A DNA stretch of 63,870 nucleotides, the filler included, from Lenisia limosa (lineage: Eukaryota; Protista; Breviatea), in assembly GCA_001655205.1 (NCBI GenBank). It is 13 parts of 13 records of this genome, joined end to end, with 100 filler letters (N's around TTAATTAATTAA, not from the genome) between each part and the next. Parts side by side here need not be neighbours in the genome. Positions count along the whole stretch, not along the records: positions 13,644 to 30,968 come from LPNZ01005102.1; positions 31,069 to 32,262 come from LPNZ01003803.1; positions 32,363 to 33,728 come from LPNZ01002617.1; positions 33,829 to 42,149 come from LPNZ01003407.1; 9 more parts are not named here. One strand, written 5' to 3'. Positions 26,801 to 39,708 of this stretch are shown here, piece by piece. The translations under genes and the position numbers were made by a program. The notes below the pieces were generated by a model, which worked only from the letters and a program-made list of their open reading frames with translations, was not told the origin of the DNA and did not search any database. Within the stretch, counting starts at the first letter, position 1. Every line of letters begins with the position of its first letter.

Positions 26801-29800
26801 GGATATGGGACAACATATCACTGTGTGGGAAATGAAAGTTCAGACAGTCAATATAAATCTGGCTCAGCTTTTATCCACTATTGAATGACAGTGTGTTCAC
26901 TTCCTGAGTTCAATTTTTTTCACTATCTCTCAGAACGGTTCAATTAGATGGAGAACGCTCAAAGGTCTTAGCTTTGGGTACAGCTCTGACGCAAACTGTT
27001 ACGCAAGGTGGCGTAACAACCGCGTCCATTGAGGAGGTGGCATCTCTCCGTGCTCAAAGTAGGCCGGTTAGGTGTGTGTTTACCCCCAGTACGCGGATTA
27101 GAAACAAGGGTCCAAGAAGCCAACCACACCCGAGATGCGGAGGCGCAGTCATACTCTGAGTCAACGAAATTCAGGTAAGACAATGATCAGTTTTGACTTT
27201 ATCTTCAGGGAAATGCACCATAGCTCAACGATTACAATGAAAGACAAGCAGATTTCCGATCTCCGAGCAGACCTTCGGAATGCTGTTCAAAAGCTGGATC
27301 ACTTCGAGGTTGGCATTCTTGGTGTTTCTCACCCCCAGGAAACGAATATTAAATTGGAGAGTGCTGAGCGCCGAATTAAGACCTTGGAGGAAATGAGGCT
27401 GAAGGAGAGGACCGCCTACAGCAAGAGTTTGAAGGTTTGACCAAGGCTACAATTATTTTTCAGTATCGAAACACCACCATGGAAACGCAGGTGAAGGAAA
27501 TGGAAAGCCGATTGGCTGAAACACAGGAACTGGCAGGATACAATGCTCAGGTTTGTACGACCATTTCGGATGAGTTGACTCCGCAGGTCACTTCACGAAG
27601 CACGTTATTTAAGAGCTTGAAGGACCGTTGTGAAACTGCTGAGAGCCAATTGAAGCATGCTAAGGCAAGGGTAGGCTGCATTAGCCGCTTTTTAATGTAT
27701 CTCTCAACGCTCCTCCCAGCCTTGTCCCCTCATCCCCTAGGCAACAATGGCGGAAGAAAGGGCTTCGGATATGGAAGTTCGATTCAGCAGGGAGAGGGAA
27801 CTTCACAACGACACGAAAGACTGGCTTGAAGCGGCAAACAGAAGAGCAAACGAGATCGAGAGACGAGTGGGGATCGGGTTTGAGCATCTTACCAAAATTC
27901 GTATATTATGTATACTAATATAAAAATATTCCATATGCAGAATCCATATGATATTGTACTAATATAATATGAAATCATATACTATATGATATATAATATA
28001 TAGTATATGATATATCATATATCATATATAGTATATGATATATCATATTATATAGTACAAAAAAAATTTATATACTATAATTATAATATTACTAATATAT
28101 AACTAAATTATTATATAACATATGATTATACTATATAATATACAGATAGTCTTTTACATAGTATATAATATATCATGTTATAATTTTCGAATATTTATAT
28201 CATGATTTCCTAGGAAAATTGGTCGAGACTTATCACGTTCAGACTATTATATGATATTAATTATGTATATGATATATACAGAGTATCATAGTTATATCAT
28301 ATGTAGAAATATTGTGACACCCAAGCAAAAGCAAATCTAAGAATGTCATGATATGGGAAGAGCTGATTGAATTTTGGTTGACAATTTAGGCTGAAGGGCT
28401 TCGGGTCGAACTTCACCATTCGGAGCAATCCTTAGCGCATGTCAACAGAAAGTGCAGCAAACTTCAAGATGACCTTGCTGGGGCTAGAAGATCTGTGGGT
28501 ACCCCTTAAATTGACATTTTAGCTCTTCACTGCTGTCCCCGACCTGAGCCGAATTGAGCCGATTGACAACCAGGGACCCCGCGATATTAGTGGTATTGAG
28601 ACCCGGGACCTGAGTTCGGCACAAGATGACCACACGCGGCTGCAGCAGTCGCCGGCACCGGAGGAGTCGTTAGTTATGCGACCCATGTCCACGTCTGGTG
28701 ACCCCATTTCCCCTATTAAGCCCGTTGAGAGCACCTCGGTTGTTGAAGTACGCTCTTTTCGATTATACCAGCTCCTGGGTGTACTTATACGACTTTAATA
28801 ACTTCTGTAGTCTTCAACACCCATTCATGTTTCCAAGTCGCCAAACAGCGTTTCTCTTAACACCACGTATGATGAAGCAATGGCTTTGTTTTGAGTTTTA
28901 TAAAAGACTCGAAAAAGAACAAAATATTCAATATTGCTTTATTTTTTGTGCCAAAGTGAAGATCTTGTCTTTTGAATTAGAAATTGTTGTCAACGCGCTT
29001 TGTCACCTTATCCTGTGAGTAGAGCAGTGTCCCCGATCGCACATGAAACCGCATTTGTTGCGAGCACCACTCAAGAGGACATCTTTGAAACGCCTTGTGA
29101 AAAATTGGAGGAGTCTACAAGCAAGGGACACTACCAATCAGGTAACTTCCACCTGAGCTCTCTTGTTAGTATTCATATTGTAGAGTCGATTAAGAAGCTA
29201 ACCTCCCGTCTTGCCATTGATCCTTCAAGAATGCTGCCTGGTAGGATTCTTGCTAACTATTTTGACAATTCAGGTGCCGGGCCGCGGCCGCGTCAGCGTC
29301 AAGGCTCATCGATCCACTCCGAGGCCCCAGCCGAGCAGGCTCTTCTGTCTTCTCCGTCCCGGCCGAAGCCTATGAGTATGTTGTGCCGCCGCAATAAACC
29401 AAAAAATATCACAGCAAGCACCCGAACCCCCCCACTCAATAACATAATCAGGACGAAGACCATCAAGACGTCACCACCCGGCCGCGACCAAGGCTGCCGA
29501 GACGGTTTCCGACGACATTTTCGCTGACGAACCCGCCCCAGCTGTGATGAGACATAGCCCCGCGGCCAGCATCGAGAGAGGAGAAAAGGTCGAGGCTCGG
29601 AAGAGACGAGTTTCGTTTGTGTCACCTGACCCGNNNNNNNNNNNNNNNNNNNNNNNNNNNNNNNNNNNNNNNNNNNNNNNNNNNNNNNNNNNNNNNNGAT
29701 TCATCTCTATAGGGCGGCAGTGATTCAGAATGGTCATCTTCAGGCGAAGATGAAACCAACGATATTCCCCCGAAGATTGAAACTGAGGAATTCTCAAAGG

Positions 29801-30642
29801 AGGAAGAAGTAGCGCCACCCCAGGTATGTTGCAGGTTTTTGAGGATGACTGTTTTTGTTTTGTTTCGGCTTTTTATCTAAATTGTTTCCGTTTTTATATA
29901 CCTCAGACTGCGGAGGAGAGAGCAGCAGCAATGAGACAGAGGGCACTTCAAAAAATGGAGGAAGAAGACAAAAGGATTGAGGAGGAAGAGAAGAGGAAGC
30001 TAGAAGAGGCGGAGATGAGGAAGAAGGAAGAGAATAAAAGGGTAGAAGAAGCAGAGCAGGAAAAGAAGAAGGAGGAAGAAGAGAAAAGAAGGAAGGAAGA
30101 GGAGGAAGAGAAGAGGAGGAAGCAAAAACAACAAAAGGAGGAGGAAGAAGAAGCAAGTGAGGAGGAGGAGGAAGAAGAAGAAGAAAGTGAAGAGGAGGAT
30201 GAAGTATCCTTGAAACAGAAAAGGGAACTTCAAAGAAGACGACTTGCTGAAGAACAGAAAAAGAAGGCTGATGAAAAAGCCAGGTTAGAGAAATTAAAAG
30301 AGGAACAAATAGCTCTTGCCAAAAAGAACGAGATAGAAGAAGAGGAGGAAGAAGAAGAAGAGGAGNNNNNNNNNNNNNNNNNNNNNNNNNNNNNNNNNNN
30401 NNNNNNNNNNNNNNNNNNNNNNNNNNNNNGCTTAAGAGACCTGCAGAACCCTGATTTTGTTGAATCCCATCCTGAAATTGACAAAACTCAAAAAGAGGTA
30501 TGGACACATTACAAACTTCACCCTTTAGATCTATCTTTCTGATGCGGAATTCAAAAGCACAATGGGCATGAGTCGGGCTGAGTTCAATGCTCTGTCTAAT
30601 TGGAGGAAACAAAGCAGAAGACGAACTAAGAAATTGGCATGA
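23840..30642 (+). CDS. Long coiled-coil protein with C-terminal villin headpiece domain
   Basis: Heptad-rich exons 25700-28500 (MASLEAQNAKIKAKTVELEAQVQQL..., MKDKQISDLRADLRNAVQKLDHFE, AEGLRVELHHSEQSLAHVNRKCSKLQDDL), then an S/P-rich linker and an E/K tract (29900-30365). It ends LRDLQNPDFVESHPEIDKTQKE|IYLSDAEFKSTMGMSRAEFNALSNWRKQSRRRTKKLA*, which matches the VHP consensus YLSDEEF..VFGM.R.EF..LP.WKQ. The 5' part (23840-25300) is only tentatively joined. Confidence 0.72.
24555..24637 (+). repeat. 36-bp coding tandem repeat (VVESSDAGEVxH)
   Basis: ATGTTGTTGAGTCCTCTGATGCTGGGGAAGTT x2 plus a partial copy, in frame. Confidence 0.85.
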
Positions 30643-31319
30643 TTGTTGCGGGGCTGAATAGCATGGTTTTTCTTCTTTTTCTATTTTTATTGTTTCTGGT
30701 CATCATGAGATTGTATCTTGTGATTCGGTAATAAATATTTGAGCTTTCAAGAATGAAATACACCTCATCGCTCTGACAAAGCCACGAACAAAAAAGTTGA
30801 TTCAATCCTTAATTTATCCTGACCCAATCCCAAGTTTGCAATTGTGCACTTCAGGGCCAAATTCCCCCTATATCACCAATAATACACAACCCGACACGGG
30901 CGGACAAAAAATACAAAAAAGAGCTTCCCCCAATCCAACCATAGTCCACCAACACACACGACCTACACNNNNNNNNNNNNNNNNNNNNNNNNNNNNNNNN
31001 NNNNNNNNNNNNTTAATTAATTAANNNNNNNNNNNNNNNNNNNNNNNNNNNNNNNNNNNNNNNNNNNNTAGGATAGTCCTGCGATGCCTGGTTCATGCCC
31101 CTGGAATAATAAGAAGAATAATACTAATAAAAAGAAAAAGGAAAAAAACGCCAAAATCAAACTCAATTGGCTGGGGGAGTTGGAACAGTAATAATAAGAG
31201 AAAGGGGAGACAATAGTGAAAAAAATATATATAAAAAAAAAATACAGAAAAATTGTAGAGTTGAGAAAATTGAACAGCTGATAACACATGTTGCTATGGA
31301 TGATTATATTTGGTTTCAT

Positions 31320-32564
31320 CCATGACTATTATATCAAGGAAAGCACCCCAGGCTCCCAAAGATTCTGCCGAAGGACGTGTGACAGAAGGAAGTCTACATA
31401 TCGCATTTGACCACCACAGTCGATTTGGGTTGGTGGGAATGGGATGAGGCTTCCTCCCCACATTAAGATTGAGTTTGTTTGATTTTACTTGTGGTAGAAC
31501 ACGATGGTTACCCTGTGTTTATGAGCCAAAATCGAGGCTGGATTTGTTTGAGGTTCTACTCACACGATTGATGGAACCAGAGAGACTGAGAGACTTCTCT
31601 CTATGACCTTTGCGCCAGTGATCAGGACTTTCTTCAGCCTCAACATCAGAAACAAGATGCGAGTAGAATTACTTAGACTGTTTTACAGTAGGTTTCTTCA
31701 ACCGAGGAAACTGTCACTGATAACTTTTTTGATGTAAGAACACTATTCCTTTATTAATTGAAAAGGCTGACGATGAAAACGAACCTGAGGATGATTGTAA
31801 TGAGCCACATGACAATGTTGCCTCGCAAAACAAAGAATGTTGTTGACCTTTCAAGCACTTCAGCTCCTTCACATCCCAAGGACTTAGGTTTGTGTGTCTC
31901 AAAAATACCATACTTGGCCTTATGTTTGTAATTAACGAAGCGGAGCGCCCCTACCCCATCCCCATTCTTTTTGACACATAATCCGTGCCATCCGAACACT
32001 TGTGCGTTGCAATTCTGGCGGCCCTGGTCCGTCATTTTGATGTGGAACCTGTTTTTCATACTCTGCAACCAATACCGAGGAACTCCTGTATTAAGGGCTA
32101 CTTCAACAGTTGTTCCTTTGAGCTGATATTTTTATCCAGCTCCAGCTCCTTGCCACCAAAAAAAACCTTGTGTAATTGATTTAATACACTCAGTTTCTTG
32201 TTGGAAACACAACTTTTCTAATAAGACAGCTTTCCAAATAAGGCAATCTTTGGTTTCCTGTTNNNNNNNNNNNNNNNNNNNNNNNNNNNNNNNNNNNNNN
32301 NNNNNNTTAATTAATTAANNNNNNNNNNNNNNNNNNNNNNNNNNNNNNNNNNNNNNNNNNNNACTTCTCTCACACAAACCAGACAAGGCCGACAGATCTG
32401 AAGGACAGAAGAAGCGACGAAAGAAGAAGAAGGACAAGAAGCCGAAGGCCAGTGAGGCTGACGACGTTCTGGATGTGTTTGTTGGTGCCGATGGAGTGAA
32501 AAGGGTTGTTAAATTGGTTAATGGTGTGAAGAAAACGTACAAAGTCATGGCCAAAAACAAGTAG
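31320..32564 (+). CDS. Uncharacterised protein fragment with K-rich C-terminus
   Basis: Plus exons such as SVPSEHLCVAILAALVRHFDVEPVFHTLQPIP; terminal exon KPDKADRSEGQKKRRKKKKDKKPKASEADDVLDVFVGADGVKRVVKLVNGVKKTYKVMAKNK* (TAG 32562-32564). Interrupted by a spacer. Confidence 0.45.
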
Positions 32565-32929
32565 ATGTTATGTTGTTTTGTGTTTTTTTCTTATGCATTT
32601 GTCTTTCAACATTACTCAAGCACGTGTTTTTTTTTTTTTTTTTTNNNNNNNNNNNNNNNNNNNNNNNNNNNNNNNNNNNNNNNNNNNNNNNNNNNNNNNN
32701 NNNNNNNNNNNNNNNNNNNNNNNNNNNNNNNNNNNNNNNNNNNNNNNNNNNNNNNNNNNNNNNNNNNNNNNNNNNNNNNNNNNNNNNNNNNNNNNNNNNN
32801 NNNNNNNCAATTGGGAAGGAAAATCCCACTAATATTTGTTTAGCTATGTTTAATTAAGCAGCTCTGTGATTGGGTGAATTAATAATAATGATCCATGTCT
32901 TATCAGCGTGGTAGAAGCACAACCGTTTA

Positions 32930-35900
32930 TTTCTTGTCTCTGAAGAGGTTCAAGTCGTCAAGTAGGCCGTGGGATATGTATAATAGCAAAAAATGGGAAA
33001 TGAATAAGTGTTCTATTAATTATAGAGATAGTATATAGATATATAATTACCTCTCAGGTGGTTATGAACATGAACATCGTGCGACACGTACTCAGATTGA
33101 CCGTTTTGAGCACAAAGATATCTTTTATATCTACAGTGACAACTTTTACATTTAGGGAACACTCACCTCAATCAGTGTTAGTATTATAGAAACAAAATAT
33201 ATTATCTGACCAAAGCCGTATATCTCGCTAATAAGAGATATTGTTAATACAGTTGCTTTTCATTTGCATTAAACCTGAACACACCAGAAACGTCATCCTT
33301 ATTTTCCAGCCGGGAATGAATAACAACAATATCAATCAATAATAATAATATTTACAAATGAACAGACAGAAACAATAATAGAACCCAAAAAAAAAGTCTA
33401 CGCGAAAGTGAAGGTGCTGTTGTATTCCTCCGATTCTAGACAGTCATTTGGTGTGAGTGATATGCTCAAGGATTGGTAGTTTCTAGCCGAAGCTGTCCAC
33501 ACCATAACATACGATAGCAACGCTTGACAATAATCTTAAAAAATAAAACAGGGGAGAAAACACGGTCTTGCGAACCACCCCCTCAACACACTCATTTCGG
33601 CCATGGCCAAGTTCTTTTCCGTGGATTGTTCGGGGGCGGTGATCTCGAGGAACACAACGGCGCAACAGAACGCCACATTTCCGACCAAAAGTACCAGTAT
33701 CATCATCGTCAGAATGAGGCTGTAGTCCNNNNNNNNNNNNNNNNNNNNNNNNNNNNNNNNNNNNNNNNNNNNTTAATTAATTAANNNNNNNNNNNNNNNN
33801 NNNNNNNNNNNNNNNNNNNNNNNNNNNNCCCCACCACTCTTTGCCTTCTCCCCACAGCATTAAGTTCATAAGGTAGCAAATGGGGAAAGTAGAGTGTGTG
33901 TACTTTATTATAGTTAGGGCTGGAGGGGGGAGTAAAATTGGGGGTAATATGGGAAATTTATGAAGCAAAAAGCCCAAAATCAACTCTGTTGGCTGACAAC
34001 ACACGAGGGTTGATAGCAAAAAACAAACAAAGCCCAGCCAGTCGCTCCTGCACCGGTAAGAATGAGGGTCTAGTGTATTGATCCCTAAATACTAGGGCTT
34101 CCCTACGGTCCGAAAAAGACCTGTGAAATATCGATATTTNNNNNNNNNNNNNNNNNNNNNNNNNNNNNNNNNNNNNNNNNNNNNNNNNNNNNNNNNNNNN
34201 NNNNNNAGTTATCGAGAAATTCAGTCGTTTTGAAACCGTAGGGAAGCCTTAAATATAGTTGATCATCCATACCACTTTGTGTGCGAAATACCCTTACTGC
34301 ATACGTATATATTTTTGTTGAAACAAACCGCTCCCGCACAATATCTGTGAAATGTAAAAAATAATGATCGAAGAAAAGAATAAAGAGTAAGGCCATCTAG
34401 ACATCCCACTTATGAGAGATACGATTCTTGTACAGTAACTACTATAATAATTCACCCAATTTGTGCCACAACTGTTTACAACAATCATTGGCAATTAGTA
34501 TCATGAAATTTGAAAAATTGTTAATTTTCGAAAATTCTGGGTCTGAAGTACATTTTTGCGTAAAATAAAAATAGCCTCAAAATAAAAAATGTAAAATAAA
34601 AAATGCCCAGAATCCAAGAATACCCCCACCGAGCATTAGGAGCAGGCCCCTTGACATTCAACACCCTCTCCCAACTGCCGGTATCGCCGTTGGATTCGAC
34701 TGAGAAGTGAAAATCTACACAACATACAACACTTAATAGTGTTTTATTAAAAAAACACAAAAAAGCTCCCGCCGCCGCACATTTTGAGTAGAGCCAAAGT
34801 TCGTTGTTGGCAACGCCGTCCTTTTCACCACCAAAAATCCATAGCCGATCCTGGGGTTGATAACGAAAAAGTGGAGGGTATTGAGGGGGGTGATGTGAGT
34901 GCGGGAAATGGGACTGTGATGGTTTTAGTGTTGATTCTAATGCTTAGGGGAGAGGCACAGGAGTAAAATTGAGAGAAACCACACATACCACCACCACCAC
35001 ACACATTTGCATATCTATATACTACATATGATATAACGCCCACACACACACTCACAACCCTCCCTCCAACAGTTTCATCCGCGATGCAGACGTGGTTCTT
35101 TCTGATGGTGGGGGAGCTTTGAGAGAGGGAGGGGTCAAGAAGCCATCTGCAATGTAAAACCTTTTATAGTGTATGATATTGATTTTTGGCTCGGCTTTGC
35201 TGACTTTGAAGGGAATGATTATTGACCTTTGTAAGCATTGAATTCAACATTGTATTGATGATATATTGTATATCAATTATATGATATATTATAGCAATGA
35301 GAAACAAAAAAAATAAGAATGCATCTGGCCAAAGCCGTTCACACCATCATGCTAATATGAGACATTGGATTATAGTAAATATTAATTCACCCAATCATTT
35401 GCCTGACAACTCTGTACACACAGCCTTCTGCATATAATATAATACATTGATGATATTGAATAATAACTAGATCTGATATAGCGCTTGTGGCTTGCTGATT
35501 TGGAAATTTGTGACTTGGCCCCTCCACCTACCTAAACCCGACTTCTTGTCTCGGAAGGTCGGAAACAAAGCTGCTCTCGGAGCTTTCACTCGCTTCCGCG
35601 TGTACCGGGTTTTCTGTCAACTAATTAGACGAGTTTGAAAAAATAATAGAAAGAAAAAAACAGATAAAGCAGGAGTGTTTCTGTCAAGTTAGATGAAACG
35701 TGTGTGTAATGGGGGAAGGGGCTCTGTGACAAAGGGGATACTTTTTGGATGAAATCATCGGGGCTTTCTGTCCATTATTTGTGCATCCTCAACCCCCACC
35801 TCGGATTGGCTCATCGTTGAGTGAAAGGGAACTCACGCTTTGCTCCAGGGAATATGAAGAAATGCTCTCCACTGTAACGTTATAGGATGTAATGAATTGG

Positions 35901-38740
35901 GAAACTGACCGAAGCCGTCCATCCACCAAATTATTCAGAGAGACTCATGTATAACCTTGAATCACCCAAGTTGAAACAATCACCACTCAGAACTGCCCAC
36001 TCTATATTTAAATAAATAATACATTTTGTTCAATTCCACGCATCTATCTACAAATTGGGGGTAAAGGTGTTGTTGCATAATTACGATATCTCGAAATTCT
36101 CTAATTCGGTATTGATCATTGCAACAATGTTTTTAATGCTGCGTGGTACATATCAATAAAGACAAGATGAGATATATGTACATGCACCATATCAATATGA
36201 GCTTGCTACATCGTAATCTAGCAGAGCCCTCTGCACATGCCAACCCCCCGCCGCATATCGTGGCATTGTTGCAATCTGTTCCACATGGCAAACCCGTCAT
36301 AACTCGATTTATTTCAACATTTTTGTTCTTTACACTCATCACTCCAAGGGAAATTCCCCCCATCCCACTTTAAGAAGCAGACAGAACGATTGTCAAGTGA
36401 GAGCCAGAGGCAGGTGTGACGCCAAGCGCCACACGGCGTGATTCCCGCTCAATAGGATACAAAAGGGCTTGATAATGATTAAACGAGGTACTTGGGGTCA
36501 CATGGTGAAAGAAGAAGTGTTCTTTAGGTGCTGCTTCAAGGTGTTTGTCGCTATAGCCGCTTTTTATCCATCTACACGAAGAATATACGTACTATCTGCA
36601 TAAATTAAGAGTGACTCTGCTGAATTCCTGGAATTTTTCGGAACTGGGACAGTCTAAATATGGATATTCGACCCCCCATGTCCAAATATTATAAATATAT
36701 TTTTGCAACAAGCATAAACGAGAATTCTGCCACTGCGAGAATTCAGGCACCAATTGCTAGTATTACATATTATAGCAACAAGTATCAGGGAATTGTGATT
36801 GGGTTAGTCGAGTTACTCATCTTTTTGTTCGAAGTATGAGACGAGCAAGACAGCTGCTTTCCCTTCTTCTCTTGATTCAGACAGTACTTGGGAGTTCATC
36901 CATGTGAGGCGGGAAGAAAGGTAAATAAAAGCAATATTTTCACTCAAGGATCTGTAGAGTGTAATCGGGTTTTTTCTTGCTAATAAAGCTGTATTGGGGA
37001 TGTAAACGACTTTTGGATGAATATTTGTTGATTTTCGATGGTGAATTATCGAACAAGTAGATTTTGGGACGGATTGTCCTTACTTGAAAGTTGAGTTGTG
37101 AGTGTTGACTATAATTGAACCGAATGAACCGCTTGCCATATTGCCAGATGACAGATGAGTCGGTCAAACTGTACACACGTATTTTCGCAATAGAATCAAG
37201 AATAATCTCATTGAGGTTCACTCAATGTCAAACAAGAGATGAAAGTTTGTCATGTTATCATGTTATCATGAATAATCTATCACAAGAGATGAAAGGTGTC
37301 TTGTTATCATGAATAATCTCTCACAAGAGATGAAAGGTGTCATGTTATCATGAATAATCTATCACAAGAGATGAAAGGTGTTATGTTCTCATGAATAATC
37401 TATCACAAGAGATGAAAGGTTTCATGTTATCACATATTTAGAATCGACAAAACTGGCAAAGTCCAGTTCCATCTATCCCAGCCTCTTGAAGACGACCATG
37501 CTACCCCTTTTGTAGGGGGGGGGGGCAGGAGAAATAGTAGAGATATTGACAATATTATATGTACTAAGTCAAATGTATATATATATGTATATATGTACAG
37601 TATATATCATATATTATGATATAATTAAGACGTCTTGGAGGGGGGGTTGAGAGGGGTGTAAAACAAGGGAGGGCGGTTCTCTTTGTAGAGAGCAGAGAAT
37701 GGAACGCTGTAATTTTTGAGACCCTCCTTGCCTTATATCCAATTCATGTGAAGGCTTTCAGTTCAGATCAAATTGAGCTTATTTTTCTAATAACACTGGC
37801 TTTTTTTTTCATTTTCTAACCCCCCCCCCCCCCCCNNNNNNNNNNNNNNNNNNNNNNNNNNNNNNNNNNNNNNNNNNNNNNNNNNNNNNNNNNNNNNNNN
37901 NNNNNNNNNNNNNNNNNNNNNNNNNNNNNNNNNNNNNNNNNNNNNNNNNNNNNNNNNNNNNNNNNNNNNNNNNNNNNNNNNNNNNNNNNNNNNNNNNNNN
38001 NNNNNNNNNNNNNNNNNNNNNNNNNNNNNNNNNNNNNNNNNNNNNNTACACCAAAACAGCTGAAAACAGTACGTGGGGTTTAGAGTTACACCAAAGCAGT
38101 TGAAAACAGTACGTGGGGTTTAGAGTTACACCAAAGCAGTTGAAAACAGTACGTGGCATTTTTTCTGTCGTGTTTCAGTTCCATTGGTACTACGAACTTG
38201 TTATTAAATCATACCCGCAGCATGGGAAGTTGTAGGTACTCCACGCAGTATTCTACATTGTCCGTATTAATTCTACTTTAGGCTTCAAGAGTATTATCGT
38301 TCGAACTTATTATGACAAATATATAATGGGCAGTAATTCGAGCCAATATTAATTAACTGAAGCCGTATGTTATCCTGATCATCGCAGCACTTTCATGCTT
38401 TGTCACTGGCCCCCCTGTACCCTCTGGCCTGACCCAGACACTGTCCAATGTCGTGACAACGTCTGAAGGTAGCGAGGCCACAATCACTGTCTTGGTGAGC
38501 GGACCGTCATTGTATTTGTTATGATATGAAGTTCCAAGAAAAAGCAATTGTTGGTGTATTTCTAAGGTATTTTGCACTAAATTTCTGGATCTCTCTTGAC
38601 ACGTAATAACTACCATAGGGGTCCTGTCCCGTAGGTCACGAGTTAAATTTCGCGTCAAAGACTGTGGCGTGCAGTCTTGCGTCGGGCTGGGCTGAATCTC
38701 CATTTTGCGTACCTGGTTGGGGGCGAATACTGGCATTATG
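32930..38740 (-). CDS. Large kelch-repeat-containing protein, boundaries uncertain
   Basis: Kelch blades spliced from 35150-34620: RKNHVCIADET..DRLWIFGGEKDGVANNELWLYSK and GSWERVLNVKGPAPNARWG. Further minus exons at ~36390-36580 (RWIKSGYSDKHLEAAPKEHFFFHH...), ~37080-37220 and ~38360-38730. May be more than one gene. Confidence 0.6.
33920..34055 (-). mobile_element. Family A copy ending CCCCCCTCCAG on the host sense strand
   Basis: Reverse complement matches family A; host kelch gene is on the minus strand. Confidence 0.8.
34093..34251. mobile_element. Family C variant (TIR TAGGGCTTCCCTACGG), partly masked
   Basis: Arms TAGGGCTTCCCTACGGT / ACCGTAGGGAAGCCTTA. A related left arm lies at 46939-47020. 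Confidence 0.7.
35290..35431 (-). repeat. Family D intronic repeat (~140 bp)
   Basis: Plus-strand text TATAGCAATGAGAAA...ATCTGGCC...TTAATTCACCCAATCATTTGCC...ACACACAGC. Same orientation at 5621-5705, 11937-11967, 34445-34480, 43042-43086, 63009-63153, all in minus-strand genes. Confidence 0.8.
37232..37436. repeat. Minisatellite, 41-bp unit x5
   Basis: CACAAGAGATGAAAGGTGTCATGTTATCATGAATAATCTAT head-to-tail, no spacers. Confidence 0.9.
38047..38157. repeat. Minisatellite, 40-bp unit, about three visible copies next to a masked block
   Basis: TTACACCAAAGCAGTTGAAAACAGTACGTGGGGTTTAGAG head-to-tail. Confidence 0.9.
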
Positions 38741-39708
38741 ATAAAAAAGAAATACGAATTGAGCTCATCAGTCTAGAATAATGTAGCTAATGTAAGCTAA
38801 TGTAGCTAATGGAAGAGGGAGAAAGGTCATATTATACCACTTTTTGAATTTGTTACGAAAGAGAAATGATAGGATTACAACAACCCCTAAAGCCAAATAA
38901 ATCTTCTTTTCTCGATACATATTGAATATATTTCCCAAGGAAAATCGGTCAAGACTTATCCCGCTCACTGTATATTATATCACTACTAGTATCTTCCTGG
39001 TTTTTTTCTTTTTCTATCTCAACCCCAGATTTGCTTTTACTTTCCAGTGACTTGCAGTAACATTTTTGGAAGCGGTATCACTTCCACAAACTGCACCGGA
39101 CGTGGGGGGGGGGGTAAATCCTGGACATCAAATTCTTCACATTTTCTTCTACCTTCAGACCAATGTGAACCACAGGATATCATATTCTCGTCACCCCGCC
39201 CCTCCCTTGAAGTGGATAATTGGCAATTAATTATGATTTGGCAATTAATTGCTTGGAAAAGTAATAAAATTACCAATTATGACAATTAATTGCGGTAATT
39301 CATTAACAGATGTCTTGCACTTGTCCGCAGGGGGTTGGAAATGTTGAAACCGAAAAAGTTCGACGACTTTGCCTCAAGGTGTTAAAGGAGGCTAATTGAA
39401 CTGATTTTGGTGGATTTATGAAGAAAAGTCGTCGATTTTTTTTGTGTCGAAATAGTTTCTAACCCTTTGGGGCCAAGCACCAGATGTCCTAGAAATAACC
39501 CTTTCAGCCACATCAACATACGGTGATGTTTGCGCTTTGGAATGCAGCGAACCAGATCCAACAGGTGGGATGTCTGTTGATCTAATGGTGTAATATTTTT
39601 GTTGGGTTGAATTGGAGTGCTTTTTTTGTATGTTGTGAGCGTTCTGTGTATAGGCTTCTCCATGAGGTTTTTATATTGCATAGGATTGATTCACATTTTA
39701 TAACAAAC

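Noticed and set aside
37232-37436. Five regularly spaced 41-bp repeats as a CRISPR array
   Set aside because: No spacers; ordinary minisatellite.
38047-38157. Repeat containing GTTTAGAG, reminiscent of a type II CRISPR repeat start
   Set aside because: Units are head-to-tail with no unique spacers, in a eukaryotic gene region; no cas genes.
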